A stretch of 48,689 nt of DNA, filler included, from Catajapyx aquilonaris (lineage: Eukaryota), in NCBI GenBank assembly GCA_000934665.2. It is 3 parts of 3 records of this genome, joined end to end, with 100 filler letters (N's around TTAATTAATTAA, not from the genome) between each part and the next. Parts side by side here need not be neighbours in the genome. Positions count along the whole stretch, not along the records: positions 1 to 16,161 come from KZ539663.1; positions 16,262 to 32,424 come from JYFJ02007274.1; 1 more part is not named here. One strand, given 5' to 3'. This document shows, in pieces, positions 13,853 through 25,021 of the stretch. Below the pieces are notes generated by a model. The model was not told the origin of the DNA and made no database searches. It saw only the letters and a list, made by a program, of their open reading frames with translations. Each line of letters begins with the position of its first letter. Within the stretch, counting starts at the first letter, position 1. A program made the position numbers and the translations under genes.

Positions 13853-14828
13853 TACGCGTACGCGTACAAAAAAAAAATACACGCGTACATGGGTTGCTTA
13901 TGGAAATCAGTCTTTTTTCATACTATGGGGGTCCCTGACAGTTTGTTAGACTAAGAAGATTTTTTTTTTTTTTGGTTACCCCGTGATAGAGCTCGTGGCC
14001 CTCTTAGGGGGGAAGGGGAAGTTCCCAAGGGAGGGCGCCGTGCGATAGCCATTTCTGACATTCTTTAACACCAGGCCTTTTCTCCTGGCCCCGAGCAGAG
14101 AAGGGAGTGCAATTCTGCTCCGGCATGTCGGGTGAAAAGCGGAAAAAGACCCGGCCAAGCAGAGGTGACGGGGACGGGATTTGAACCCCGGCCTCCCGCT
14201 TGGCTGGCCAGCGGCGTAACCGCTAGACCACCATGCCGCCCTGACTAAGAAGAATTCATTTACGTATTTTAAAGCCGAGGAATATTTGGTTTTAAATGTT
14301 GAAAAAAGTCAAATAACCAAAAATGCGAAAAAACGCGATTTTACCCAAGATTAGGCTTTTGCACACGCGTACTAGGGTTGCATAGGAAAGTTCTACTATT
14401 ATTTCTTGATTGTAGGGTCTCTAAAGAGCCCATTACGCTACACTTTTTTTTAAAAAAAGTCCATACACTGTTCCCCAAAAATTGACGAAAAAGTACCAAA
14501 AAACGGAATTTTTTCCTTAAAAAGGACCCTGGAAAACCTACAATTTCTATAAAAGATTGACTTTAAACACCATAGTGGCTTCAGACTAGCCCCAGGTATC
14601 ACCTAATGCCAGCAAAATCAAAATCCGAAACTTACAGTGGTTGCCACACCGGGAAATAGGCCAAAAAACGTCAATATTTTGAATTTTTCGGATTTTTGGT
14701 CACCCTGACCCACTGCACATTTTGGGAGAGAAATCCCGGGCGTTTCCCAGCTACTTTGGGTCCTACTAACATGATCTACATAGTGGTTTCCGAGTAACAC
14801 GCCGAAATATTTTTTTTGTTGCGCTGTG
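13853..14828. mobile_element. Truncated Chapaev/CACTA-like DNA transposon end
   Basis: Right end reads CACAGCGCAACAAAAAAAAATATTTCGG on the minus strand, followed by TAA (TWA-type target); repeated CACGCGTAC..GGGTTGC..GGAAA motif at ~13879 and ~14364; left TIR not found. Confidence 0.5.
13960..14242 (-). mobile_element. tRNA-derived SINE, full length
   Basis: Minus strand: A box TGGTCTAGCGG, B box GGTTCAAATCC, A14 tail (T-run 13960-13973); 11-bp TSD GACTAAGAAGA at 13949-13959 and 14243-14253. Confidence 0.95.
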
Positions 14829-14914
14829 TAATTACTGCATCAAAACGATGTCAAAGAGAGGGTCGAAAAAAGAGATGCTCGACAAATTGTATGTATGTAA
14901 TTAAGGTGGGGGGG

Positions 14915-14932
14915 NNNNNNNNNNNNNNNNNN
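14915..14932. other. Assembly gap (18 N) within a G-run
   Basis: N run in sequence. Confidence 0.99.
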
Positions 14933-14988
14933 GGGGGGGGGGGGTTGAAAATAGTGAAAAAAGAGTTACGTAATTAATGGACGATCCC
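14933..14988 (-). mobile_element. Single DNA-transposon terminus (Zator/Harbinger-like MITE end)
   Basis: Minus strand GGGATCGTCCATTAATTACGTAAC followed by a C-run, a common insect MITE terminus; partner end not seen. Confidence 0.4.
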
Positions 14989-15033
14989 TATGTCCTTAAG
15001 CCTTGCATGTATATAGTATATCCAACAAACACA

Positions 15034-16030
15034 TATTTAATATAGAGCCCTGTGTTTGACTCTAAATAACTCCCAGGCAAATTATCCAAAAAAATAAAGT
15101 TATACATCGTTCGAAAGCTTGTTTAAATCCACGTTACATATATGCGAGTTGTTTTCCTATCGTCAGTCTCTAATTTTTTGTCGTAAAAATAAGGCGGAAA
15201 AGTGTCATTTTTTGCCTAGTTGCCGACGTTGCACCGCAAAGTGAATTTTTTATGACACTTTCAGGAGGCCAAAAAAATCCGCCTGTGAACCCTGGGTAGT
15301 GCACATCTTTGTCTATCAAATGATATATTTGAATCATTGAGATCGTCATTTCTGTAATCATAATTAAGTTAATTGCACACCTCTGTTATCTCGGCCGTTT
15401 ATAATCCGAATTACTTCGCGAATGTATCGACGGCAAGCCAGAAATGTGCGTGATAAGATGACATTGTGCTCTATTACACTAAAAATTTTAAACGTATTTA
15501 AAAGTATCGCCGTCTATTCCCGCCAGAAAGCGGGCGGAGTCCTTTTCTATTAAACTTAGTAAAACAATACTTTTAAAATTTTTAGTGTAATAGAGCACAA
15601 TGTCATCTTATCATACACATTTCTGGCTTGCCGTCGATACATTCGCGTAGTAATTCGGATTATAAACGGCCGAGATAACAGAGGTGTGCAATTAACTTAA
15701 TCATGATTACAGAAATGACGATCTCAATGATTCAAATATATCATTCGATAGACAAAGATGTGCACTACCCAGGGTTCACAGGCGGATTTTTTTGGCCTCC
15801 TGAAAGTGTCACAAAAAATTCACTTTGCGGTGCAACGTCGGCAACTAGGCAAAAAATGACACTTTTCCGCCTTATTTTTACGACAAAAAATTAGAGACTG
15901 ACGATAGGAAAACAACTCGCATATATGTAACGTGGATTTAAACAAGCTTTCGAATGATGTATAACTTTATTTTTTTGGATAATTTGCCTGGGAGTTATTT
16001 AGAGTCAAACACAGGGCTCTATATTAAATA
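15034..16030. mobile_element. ~1-kb foldback element: two ~460-bp near-identical inverted arms around a ~77-bp spacer
   Basis: 15034-15493 is the reverse complement of ~15571-16030 with only a handful of substitutions (mirror ORFs 15170-15361 - and 15703-15894 + differ at 2 of 63 aa). Confidence 0.9.
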
Positions 16031-16161
16031 AACGGATAGTACATAACTTATTTCTATCTTCACACTACACTCTTAGTCCGGTCACCTTTAATATCCCCTT
16101 TAGAGTTGTTTTAAAGGTGATCCGTAATGCGGCAGTAGGGAATTATAGGGGATTCGTTGAA

Positions 16162-16261
16162 NNNNNNNNNNNNNNNNNNNNNNNNNNNNNNNNNNNNNNN
16201 NNNNNTTAATTAATTAANNNNNNNNNNNNNNNNNNNNNNNNNNNNNNNNNNNNNNNNNNNN
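16162..16261. other. 100-bp scaffold gap containing artificial TTAATTAATTAA linker
   Basis: N44-TTAATTAATTAA-N44; identical construct at 32425-32524. Confidence 0.97.
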
Positions 16262-19200
16262 CTCTTATCTCCCTCTCCCCCCTCCCCGCAAGTGGTGCCA
16301 ATCGCACCGCACGTCCAAGGTGCCAATCTCCCGGCGGGGAAGAGCAAGGCGGGCAGTACAATTCTGTCACATCACCCCGGACACTAGCTTGAGTGACCAG
16401 GAGGAACTCACCAAACATTACAAAAATAAATCAATGTTATGTGGCGGGGGGTGGGGGTAAAAGGGAAAACAGTTTGTCCAGAGTGCCGGTTCATCTCCAG
16501 CTGTCCACAGCCGGATGGTCTCGGGCTTTCGCTGGGCTGCAACCTCCTCTCTCGACCACTGCTTCACGCCGGGTCAGCATCCAGACAACCCCCACGCCAG
16601 CGATGCACCAACGTCCTGGTCCATACCGCATGACGCCATGTCTGGCGCCTCTACGTAGCTCACTGGCAGTCTCTGTCGCCAGCTAACTCACGCCTGTAGC
16701 CCAGACCATGGCCGCCAGGCATGCGGCGAGGTCACCCCAGCGTCGTCCCAAACTGTCCAACACCACACCCGGGTGTCACAGAAGTCGAGCACTTGCCAAC
16801 ACCAACACATCAGGACCCAAAAGAATTAACAGGGGAGGGGGGACGGGATTAGGGAGGAAAAAGGATGGGTATCCGCCACAAAACACACTCAAAAAAAAGA
16901 GGTGAAACAAAAATTTAAGAGTTCAGAAAGTTCACAAGGTCTTGAAAAAAATAATTCAAAAGAGAGAGAAAAAAATCAATAAGTTCCAAGCACAGCTCAG
17001 TTTTCAACCACAAAAACAAAAATACCAAACATTTATTTAAAAAAAAATCACTACTAAAAAAGGAAACACTGGGGGCTACCCCATGCACAGTATGTTCATC
17101 ACATCCTCTGGAGTCACAACCAGCAGCCGAAGCACCACCCAGGAGAAGAGCTCCACCATCCAACTCTCCACCATGGTGAACTTCAGACATCCTGTCACAG
17201 GAGTCAGGGCAGCCAATGCAGATCTAAGTGGCACCTACGGCATGGGGTCATCAGCCACAGATGTGTCCGCCTCCGAGGAAAAGCAGGCGTCAAACGTCAA
17301 AGTCCCGGTCACCGTCAACCGTTGGTGGTGGCGTCAAAGTCCATGGTACTCAGCAGTACCAATTCAAAATTTATTAACCGTAGGGGAGTCAAACGGTGTC
17401 AGAAGCTTCAGACTACTGCAGAAAACGTGCCACCGGGGGGCCAAATCCCCGGGAACCCACGTAATAGCTAGAGTCCAACCTGAGCCACCAGTTCTGACAA
17501 GAACCGTTCCGTTCAGAAATGGAACGTACTCCCACGATCAACTGCATCCAAACCCACGCGCTCAGCAGCACTCTAGTGGGTCCTTCAGCTAAGCCACCAC
17601 TTGAGCCTCGCTCCAGATCGTCTCCAAAGACCAAACTGAGAGCGACAAGGCCCAAAATGAAAATGGCTAGCGACAGATCAACCACAGGTGGGAGGGGAAG
17701 GGGGGTAACCAGGCTGCCGAATGCCTTCCCGGCCATCGACTGTGCCAACATGTCCACGCCTCACCGACCGGACGACCAGGACCAGGTCACCAGATGCACA
17801 CGGCCATCGGTTTACGACCTGTCCCCGCCCGGCCAGAGCGTCCAGGACCAGGGAATCAGGGGAGGGGGGATGAGGCCTAGGTACTGACAGGACTGTGCTT
17901 GCACCAGGCACGTCCGCCTTTTCCTCCATACCTGCATCCCGCACCAAAGGAAGGGCGTCGCCACCACGTGTGCCATCCCCTGCTCCACTGCGCCGTTTAG
18001 AAACGACTCCACTGAAGTGGTCACAGGGTGCCATCCATCTTACAGATGGACCGGCTCTAGCGGGCCTGAAAAGTTTCAGCGCCCCATGATCTACCTAGAT
18101 CACCGCATGCACATACGTATCTAATGTGCATGCTGCTCCAGTGCGAAATAAGATCGCTAGGAGCTCCCTGCCCGTGGCGAAACAGGAGAGCTCCTCCAAA
18201 CTGGAGAAACAATCGGTCTGCTTGCAACAGCACGGGGGCTACCAAGCCCCGTATCATCCCCATGCAGAGGACTGACCCTATCGCAATGCATTTCGGAGTT
18301 CCCGCGCAGATTGCTCTTAAAGAGCTTCTCTTTTCACTCCCTAGATGGCAAGGGAGGTCCAAAACTCCTTTTTCTCCCACCCGCCAGCAGATGGCGCGGG
18401 AGTGCAGTGACCGAGTTCTCTCCTTTTCGAAAAAGCGGAGAGAGGAGGAGGGGAGTGGGACGAGGACAGCTTCACCAAGCCCCCTCTCCCCGCCACCCAC
18501 CTCGTGATGTTTCCAGCCTGGGGCGGGGCCCGATTCCTCCAATCAGGGGGCTGGAGAGGAGCGAGTTGGAACGGAGTAATGGCGAATGGTGGGGCGGTGC
18601 ACCTTCACCGCTGGTGCCGGCCAACAAGACCGGCAACAGCCCCTGGCTCTCCCGCTAAGGAGCGGGGAGAGACCACGAGGTGCTGAATAACGGCCATCTT
18701 GGGCCTTTTTCAGGTTCTCGGTTCCTTTGTGCCGTACTCGGTCAAGGCCTCGTGCGGCCCTTTCCTCATGGAATATATGGACCTTAAAAGGTCGGCATTT
18801 CCTTCCCCGGTAGGCTACTCGGGCGACCTAAGCAGGTCCGTACGCCCGAGCAACGAACTGGGGATACCAGACTACCTTATTAAAGCAAAGCAAAGCGGGT
18901 GTGGGTGGGCGGCTTGACCTTAATGCGGTCCTGCCGCCCCACGTTGGGCGCCACTTGTGTCCTCAGAGGTCAAAGGTTACCTTCTATGCCGATTACAGAA
19001 TCAGAACACAGACTGCCTCGTTACGCTTTGCTTTAATGCTCAATAAGTTAGGAGTACAGCACTCATTGCAACTCACCAGGGAGACGACCCACTATACGTC
19101 GTCCACCCTGCTCGGCTGCTCACACTCGACTCTCTTATCTCCCTCTCCCCCCTCCCCGCAAGTGGTGCCAATCGCACCGCACGTCCAAGGTGCCAATCTC

Positions 19201-19265
19201 CCGGCGGGGAAGAGCAAGGCGGGCAGTAAATAATACTTTTAATTTTTTTATACAATTCTGTCACA
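16262..19265 (-). mobile_element. Non-autonomous LTR retrotransposon (Gypsy-like signals)
   Basis: 5' LTR 19265-18956 (TGTGACAG...GGACACA), PBS at 18953-18936, weak PPT GGGGTGA before the 3' LTR starting at 16371 (truncated by gap); 16262-16358 matches 19132-19228; no gag/RT/integrase motifs seen in the 2.56-kb interior. Confidence 0.88.
18936..18953 (-). other. Primer-binding site complementary to the tRNA-Lys(CUU) 3' end
   Basis: TGGCGCCCAACGTGGGGC, 2 nt downstream of the LTR terminal CA. Confidence 0.93.
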
Positions 19266-19770
19266 GTTGTGTAGTGTAATTTTATGGTAAAACATGTTTT
19301 AATCTGTACACCATAGTAAATAAAATAAAATAAAAACAGCCAAGAGAGCTTTTTAGAGCGGTGATTCTTTGATATTTGCTTGCTTTGGTTTTTGGCCAGA
19401 CTTGTACTTGGTAAAAGCAGTTTTTTCCGCAACTTTTTTTAAAATCCCAGACGAATCTGCCGGATATAACATGGGGCCATGCACAAGCAGTGTGCATCGT
19501 ATGTAGGTTGCTTCTGTTACTAATCAGATGACGCTGTGTGACACAAGGAAGTACTATGTAATCCTGATGTAATCTCCCGGAATGGTGAAGAGGCCAGCCA
19601 CCAACTTTTCCATGTTTTTCCACCCCTATATACCTGAGAGCTCGCAGATGATGACTGCATCTTGACCCTGCACAACAGTGTTGGTCATGTATCCATGGAA
19701 AAAATGCTTTGTTTACGAGGAGATTTTATTTTTCTAATCATACATGTCAATTTTAGCTCGTAAAATAATC

Positions 19771-22700
19771 ATGGACCACTTGCGCGTGGAAGAGTATTCA
19801 CGCCCAGCCGAGTATGATTTCCCTTTCGGGTAAGTGCAGGCCGAGTCCTGTCATAGAAAAACCTCCGGTTTCTGCCACATGGCTGAGAACTAATGTATTA
19901 CTCTCGGCTTCTCTTCCTGTAGGCGTGCACGAGTAATCTGCCTGGATTACGTCCCGGAGAAGTTTGCAGCCTGGGTGGCAAAGCATGACGAATTGCAAGG
20001 CCTGCTCTACATGCCGGACAGACAACTGGATGACGATTTGGAAAGGTAAGGTTGACGTGCCAGCCAAATTGGTCAGGTTGTTGTCTCCGATGGGGGGATT
20101 GCCAATACTATGAGTATAACCAGACAATCATTGACAGTGTCCAGATGGTGTTAACTTTTGTATGTGTCTATCCATATGTGTGTTTTCTGTTGCGATTGGT
20201 TTTTAAAAAAATACTGCACGTGATCACTTCGACAGGCCTGGTCTTCTGGATCAAATTCGAGCTGGGTTTCCGTGTCTGAGTAGATCCTGCCAAACGGAAG
20301 ATTGCTTTCTCGGACAACTCAAGGAAACGAGGGACGTGCTCGCGGAAGCCAGAGAGGTTAGCATGTGAAGTGATAATCAGGACTATGGAGTGATATATGC
20401 TATGATTATGGGGTGGGCTCACTGGCTCATCAGTAATTTTTGTGAAAGTGATTGTGAGGAAATGAATAGCGCTGCATTTTGTGTGTTCATAAACAATGTC
20501 AGTTTTGCGAGGAAACATTGCCACTGGCGTTAGAGTAATACCATTGTAAACGTGACATTCCAGGAACTTCTTCTCATAAGGGCTCTGTTTGAAGAGACCA
20601 TGAGACTTTCCTCAGCCGAGATCATCAATACAATGGACGAGTGCATCAGAATTCTGTGAGTAGGCTTGCCACGTTTGCACTTCCCAATCTATCAAAAAAT
20701 ACCTACTGTATTCCAGTATCTGATTATGGTCACTCCTTATAATTAAACCCAAGTACACTTGGTGTTCTTACAGGACCCGGGATTGCTTGCGAAGATCAAA
20801 TAAAGTGCAGAATATGTTCAGGAGTCGATTTATGATGATAAAATATTTAATAGAGGAGCAAGCTGAGGAGTTCTTCGGTAAGATTACTGGCGCCTATGAG
20901 CATGAAGACTGCCAGACCAAAGGTTTCATGGTATGCCTCCAATTTCATGATAATATTCCCATTCCCTTGATTTTTTTTTGTATGAAAAGGTCAGAATGAC
21001 CCTTATTGTCATTACTAAGCAAGGTGGTGGCAATGGTCCGGCCATTTGGACCTCATTAAAATCGGAATGTGGTCAAGTGACTGTGAGTTAGCGGATTTCT
21101 TATGAACTTCTGTACTGGCAGGGTTTTGTGAAAATAGACGACCTTCTGGACAGCAGCGAAGATTGTCTTCAGACGGTGGTCAAGTGTGTAACGGAAAATT
21201 TGAAGAGCTACAAGGACAGAATGGATACAATAAACAGCGTGCGAGACAGACTGGAACAGGTGATGTAGCCTACTCATGATTTATTACATAATAATATTAT
21301 CAAGTGCAAAAAAATAAAATAAACTCGTGGCTGCTGATTGGGAAATCAATTTCAAGTAATTTGCAAGTTACTGCAAGTGTGCGTCAGAAATTCAAATAAT
21401 TTTTCTTCCTGCTCACAATGGCAGGGAGACGTGTTGCAAGGCGAGTGGGCTGGTGTACGCGTCGTCATAGATGCCATGCAGCTTATCGAGCAAGGACTGA
21501 GCCAATTTGGGAGAAGCGTGCTGGCCTGTGGCCCCATGCTAGATCTGGATTCTCTTCAGGTCAGTTATACATTCTGCACTTTTAGAACTGGCCTTAATAA
21601 ATGGGAGTCGTGTGTATTGGTAATTTTGGAATCTTATTTACTTGAATTTAGATTTAAATATTCCCCCCATGAAAGGGTCCAAAAATGTGCCTGGAACTCG
21701 TAACTGGTTCAATTTTGATCATTTATTATAATCTGTGTGGAAACTGCCCCAAACTGTTGAGATATAATCAAACCAAGTGGAAACATAACTTGTGCTTGAA
21801 AATTTTAAGGCCGGGGCCTCCGTAGCAATCGTTATGGAGCTGGAGAGAGAGAAGAAAGCACTGAATACAAGAATCTTGAGACACATCAGGGAAACCAAGT
21901 CAGCTCAGTTGCAGATGACTCTCGAGAAGATGGACCGCGACGAGGCCATGATCAGGATCAAGTCCGAAGTTCATGAGATTGCACGCGAAAAGCTGAGACT
22001 GGTGAGAAAATTACCCTCTTTCATGCGCAGTCGACAACGCTAGCAGTGCAGTACATAGTAATGACCACATAACTGCCACTCTTGCGACAGCACTTTTCCT
22101 GATGGCTGCCTACAGAAAGTAAGATGATGATGATGATAATAATAATAATTCAGGAAGAGTGTGTATTCCAGTTTATTCACGTGGTCTTATCTCTCATATG
22201 ATATGCAATATGTCAATGGTACAAGTAGTGTCATAATATATAGGTCAACAGCCTTATTACATATTTTTATTCGTTTACGTAGTGATGAAAGTAAGAACCA
22301 TATGTGCTAACTGTCAACTGGTCCCCTTTTCAGGCAGAAACCGCTCCCCAGCCGACGAAAAAAGTAGTGTAAGATAATTTTTCTTAATTGCACGATGCAA
22401 TGTAAGTAGTTCCAATTGCGCCTTCTAACAGTGGTTAAATATGTCTCTCAGCAGTAAAAGGACCCGCAGAAAAAAAAGACAGGAGGCGGAGAAGGCGAAG
22501 GATCAGAAACTTGAAGGCCTATACGAGTACAGGTCGCTGCCGAAGGAGAGGCGTCACACAACTCCGGCAGCCTTCGACAGAGATGAGACGGAGACGAGGG
22601 ATCTGTGGCTCGGGCTAGATACAGCATCGAAGACGTCGGTTGTGCCAGCTACAGCCTCGAAGACGTCGGGTTTGCCAGCTACAGCCTCGACGACACCGGG

Positions 22701-24326
22701 TGTGCCAGAAGACAAGCCTGAATCAAAAGCCGCAGACGATGCAACGCATGAAATGGGTCCGAAACGAAGAAAAGCCCCGCCGAGAGAAACCAAAGTGCAA
22801 AGAGAGCTCCGACTCGCATTGGAAGCGTTGGAATCTGGGCCGAAACTGAGCAAGAAGATAGAAAGCAAGAAGCAAAAAAAGTACCGACTCGCAGAGGAAG
22901 AGAAGAGGCGGCAGAAGTTGGAGAAGGAGGCGGAGGTGGAAGAACAGCTGTGGTTGGCTCTCCGAGAGGAAGAATCTATCCCGGAGGAGGACGTGGCAGC
23001 CCAGGAGGAGGACGTGGGAGCCCTAGAGGAGGACATGGCAGCCCTGGAGGAGGACCTGGCCATCGTGGAGGAGCAACTGGAGGAAGCCGCGGAAGTAGAC
23101 TGGAGAGAAGTTCGAGAGGCGGCGAGACACCCCAGACGACACACCGTCCCTAGATATCCTCTCCCTCCCCGTGTGGGGCCTTCCTGGGGGGAAGAGGACG
23201 AGGAGGAGCAACCCGAGGCCCTCGTCCACGCGGCCACCATGACCTACGGCGTCCTCTTGGATTTTCAGTACGAATGGCAAAGAAGCGACTGGGCTTGCGG
23301 CTTGGAGCTGGGGGAGATCAGGGGGCATGCCATGCCTGTCCGACGTGACCGATCGGCCTCGCCCAGGTGGCGTGATGAGTTCAGACCCGAATCAAGACGA
23401 CGACGACGATTCCATCCTCAGATCGTTAGGGACCTTCTACCTCCAGAACAGTTGACAAGGTGCAGACATGGCCCATCTTTCTTCTTCTTCTTCTTTAAAA
23501 TAAAAAAGATGCACCTGCAAAATGCAGTAAATATATATATATACGAGGGTAGTACCCTTGTATTTTCACAGTAACTGCCGTTAGTAAACCGTATCTACTG
23601 TAGTAAGTATGATGATTGGCGCAATACATGTCAGGTCATATCTTTTGTGTCATTACTGCCTAGTGCTCTGGATGAAGGAGACACGTTCATCTACGCGATA
23701 CCAGCATTATTGGACAGTTTCGACAAGTGGAAACTGGACAAGCAGACATGCAACGTAAATGTGGTAGAAGCGTTGGACAAAATCGATCTGTCCAGAGTGA
23801 AGATCACGTTGGACAAACTGACCAAGCCGAAGACCCCTAAGCGCAAGTTCACCATAGGCTCGTTCAATGAGGTATAGCTGGATTCTTGTGGCGATATGCA
23901 TTTTTTTTAATGTTGCCGGTGAAGGAAAGGTGCAAGGTTCCACGATGCTGGTCTAGTTTCAGGAGGTAAAGCAGCAGCGGCCTCGGGTGGGAGAGCGAGA
24001 TTGGCTGCTCCAGTGTCGGGCCCTGCGACATATGGCCATGACACGTCGGGAGAACCAGATGGGTCTGAGAAACATTGGAAATAGCTTCGGTGCCCTTCTG
24101 AACAAAGCGGTGCTGGGATATCAGGTACCCCATCAAACATGACTACTTCATATCTAAGTGATACCACTTCAGCGTCAAGCTCATTTGCTTAGAATAGTAC
24201 TACAGTGATGCTTTGACTGACATAATGACATTGCAAAAATATTTGCAGGAGATTCCTGACCAAAAGCCGATCGGCGTGCATAAAGTGACTTTCTCCAAAG
24301 GGCGACCTATAAATTCAGCTGATTAG
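19771..24326 (+). CDS. 13-exon gene, copy 1; 834-aa helical/coiled-coil, acidic-basic protein of unknown function
   Basis: Exons 19771-19829, 19923-20045, 20236-20356, 20564-20655, 20774-20930, 21122-21259, 21425-21559, 21810-22001, 22334-22368, 22455-23459, 23664-23871, 23963-24124, 24249-24326; all GT-AG, splice to an open 2505-nt frame (MDHLRVEEYSRPAEYDFPFGRARVICLDY...HKVTFSKGRPINSAD*); same phases in copy 2. An extra upstream exon is possible (AG at 19755-19756). Confidence 0.88.
22621..22710 (+). repeat. Coding minisatellite, 3 x 30 bp (TASKTSxxPA)
   Basis: ACAGCxTCGAxGACxxCGGxTxTGCCAGxx three times; a single related unit in copy 2. Confidence 0.9.
22984..23067 (+). repeat. Coding minisatellite, 4 x 21 bp (EEDxAAL heptads)
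   Basis: GAGGAGGACxTGGxxxxCxxx x4. Confidence 0.9.
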
Positions 24327-25021
24327 AAGAAAGGGAGGCGTGAATACTGATATTACTTGATGTAACCATTGCGATTCAACGGCATTAAGACTGGTTTCAG
24401 TTGCTGTAGGTTTATTATTTTTTGTATTTGTTTTTTGTTTTTTTTGTTTTTTTTGATGTCCTAAGCAACTTGTGCCCTCTAATGTCTTTGATGACGTGTT
24501 ACAAAGAGTCAATTTCATGCATTTTTTAATACGACTACACAGAGGGATTGGAAGAGCCAACAGTCTCTAGCATGTTATCAGGAAATTATCCAACGCAAGA
24601 TATCGGGCCATGTATTTCTTTTTATATGAACCAATAATATTATTTAAACCAGAAATTTTGTTTGTGTTGTTCTGGGCTACCTAGCCCACTTTCAGACTAC
24701 TCAGAGCAAGATGCAACTTGGCAAGTGTTCCTGATTGAGTGGAGAATCCCAAACCGCACTTTTTGAGTAGGATTTTGGTTACATTATATTTTGGCCATTC
24801 TCGTGCGGTTTTATCCGATTCATAGGGCATTTCCATGTTGTGAGCCTCACGGGTTGGTAACACAGCATTACTCGTGACGTAAGGTGCTGATCAGGTGGTG
24901 CAAAGTGCAAAACTCTTATAGGTCTCATACTGTTGTGTATCCATGGAAAAAAAATGCTTTGTTTACGAGAAGCTTTTATTCTGCTGATCAGACCTGTCGA
25001 AGTGTAGCTCCTGAGATAATC

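Noticed and set aside
15170..15894. Two near-identical 63-aa ORFs on opposite strands
   Set aside because: By-product of the foldback arms; no coding evidence.
15898..15925. CTGACGATAGGAAAAC hammerhead-like core
   Set aside because: No room for stem II and no stem III or cleavage triplet.
16206..16217. TTAATTAATTAA between N runs (also 32469-32480)
   Set aside because: Identical six-frame-stop spacer centred in 100-bp gaps; assembly artefact.
16606..16640. GPY motif (QRPGPYRM) suggesting integrase
   Set aside because: On the strand opposite to the LTR element and without a DDE core.
18936..18953. tRNA-Lys gene fragment
   Set aside because: Only the 3' 18 nt including CCA, next to an LTR: a PBS.
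22554..23240. 228-aa Ser-rich antisense ORF (and 28019-28474, 28571-28861)
   Set aside because: Shadow of the GAG-rich sense exon 10.
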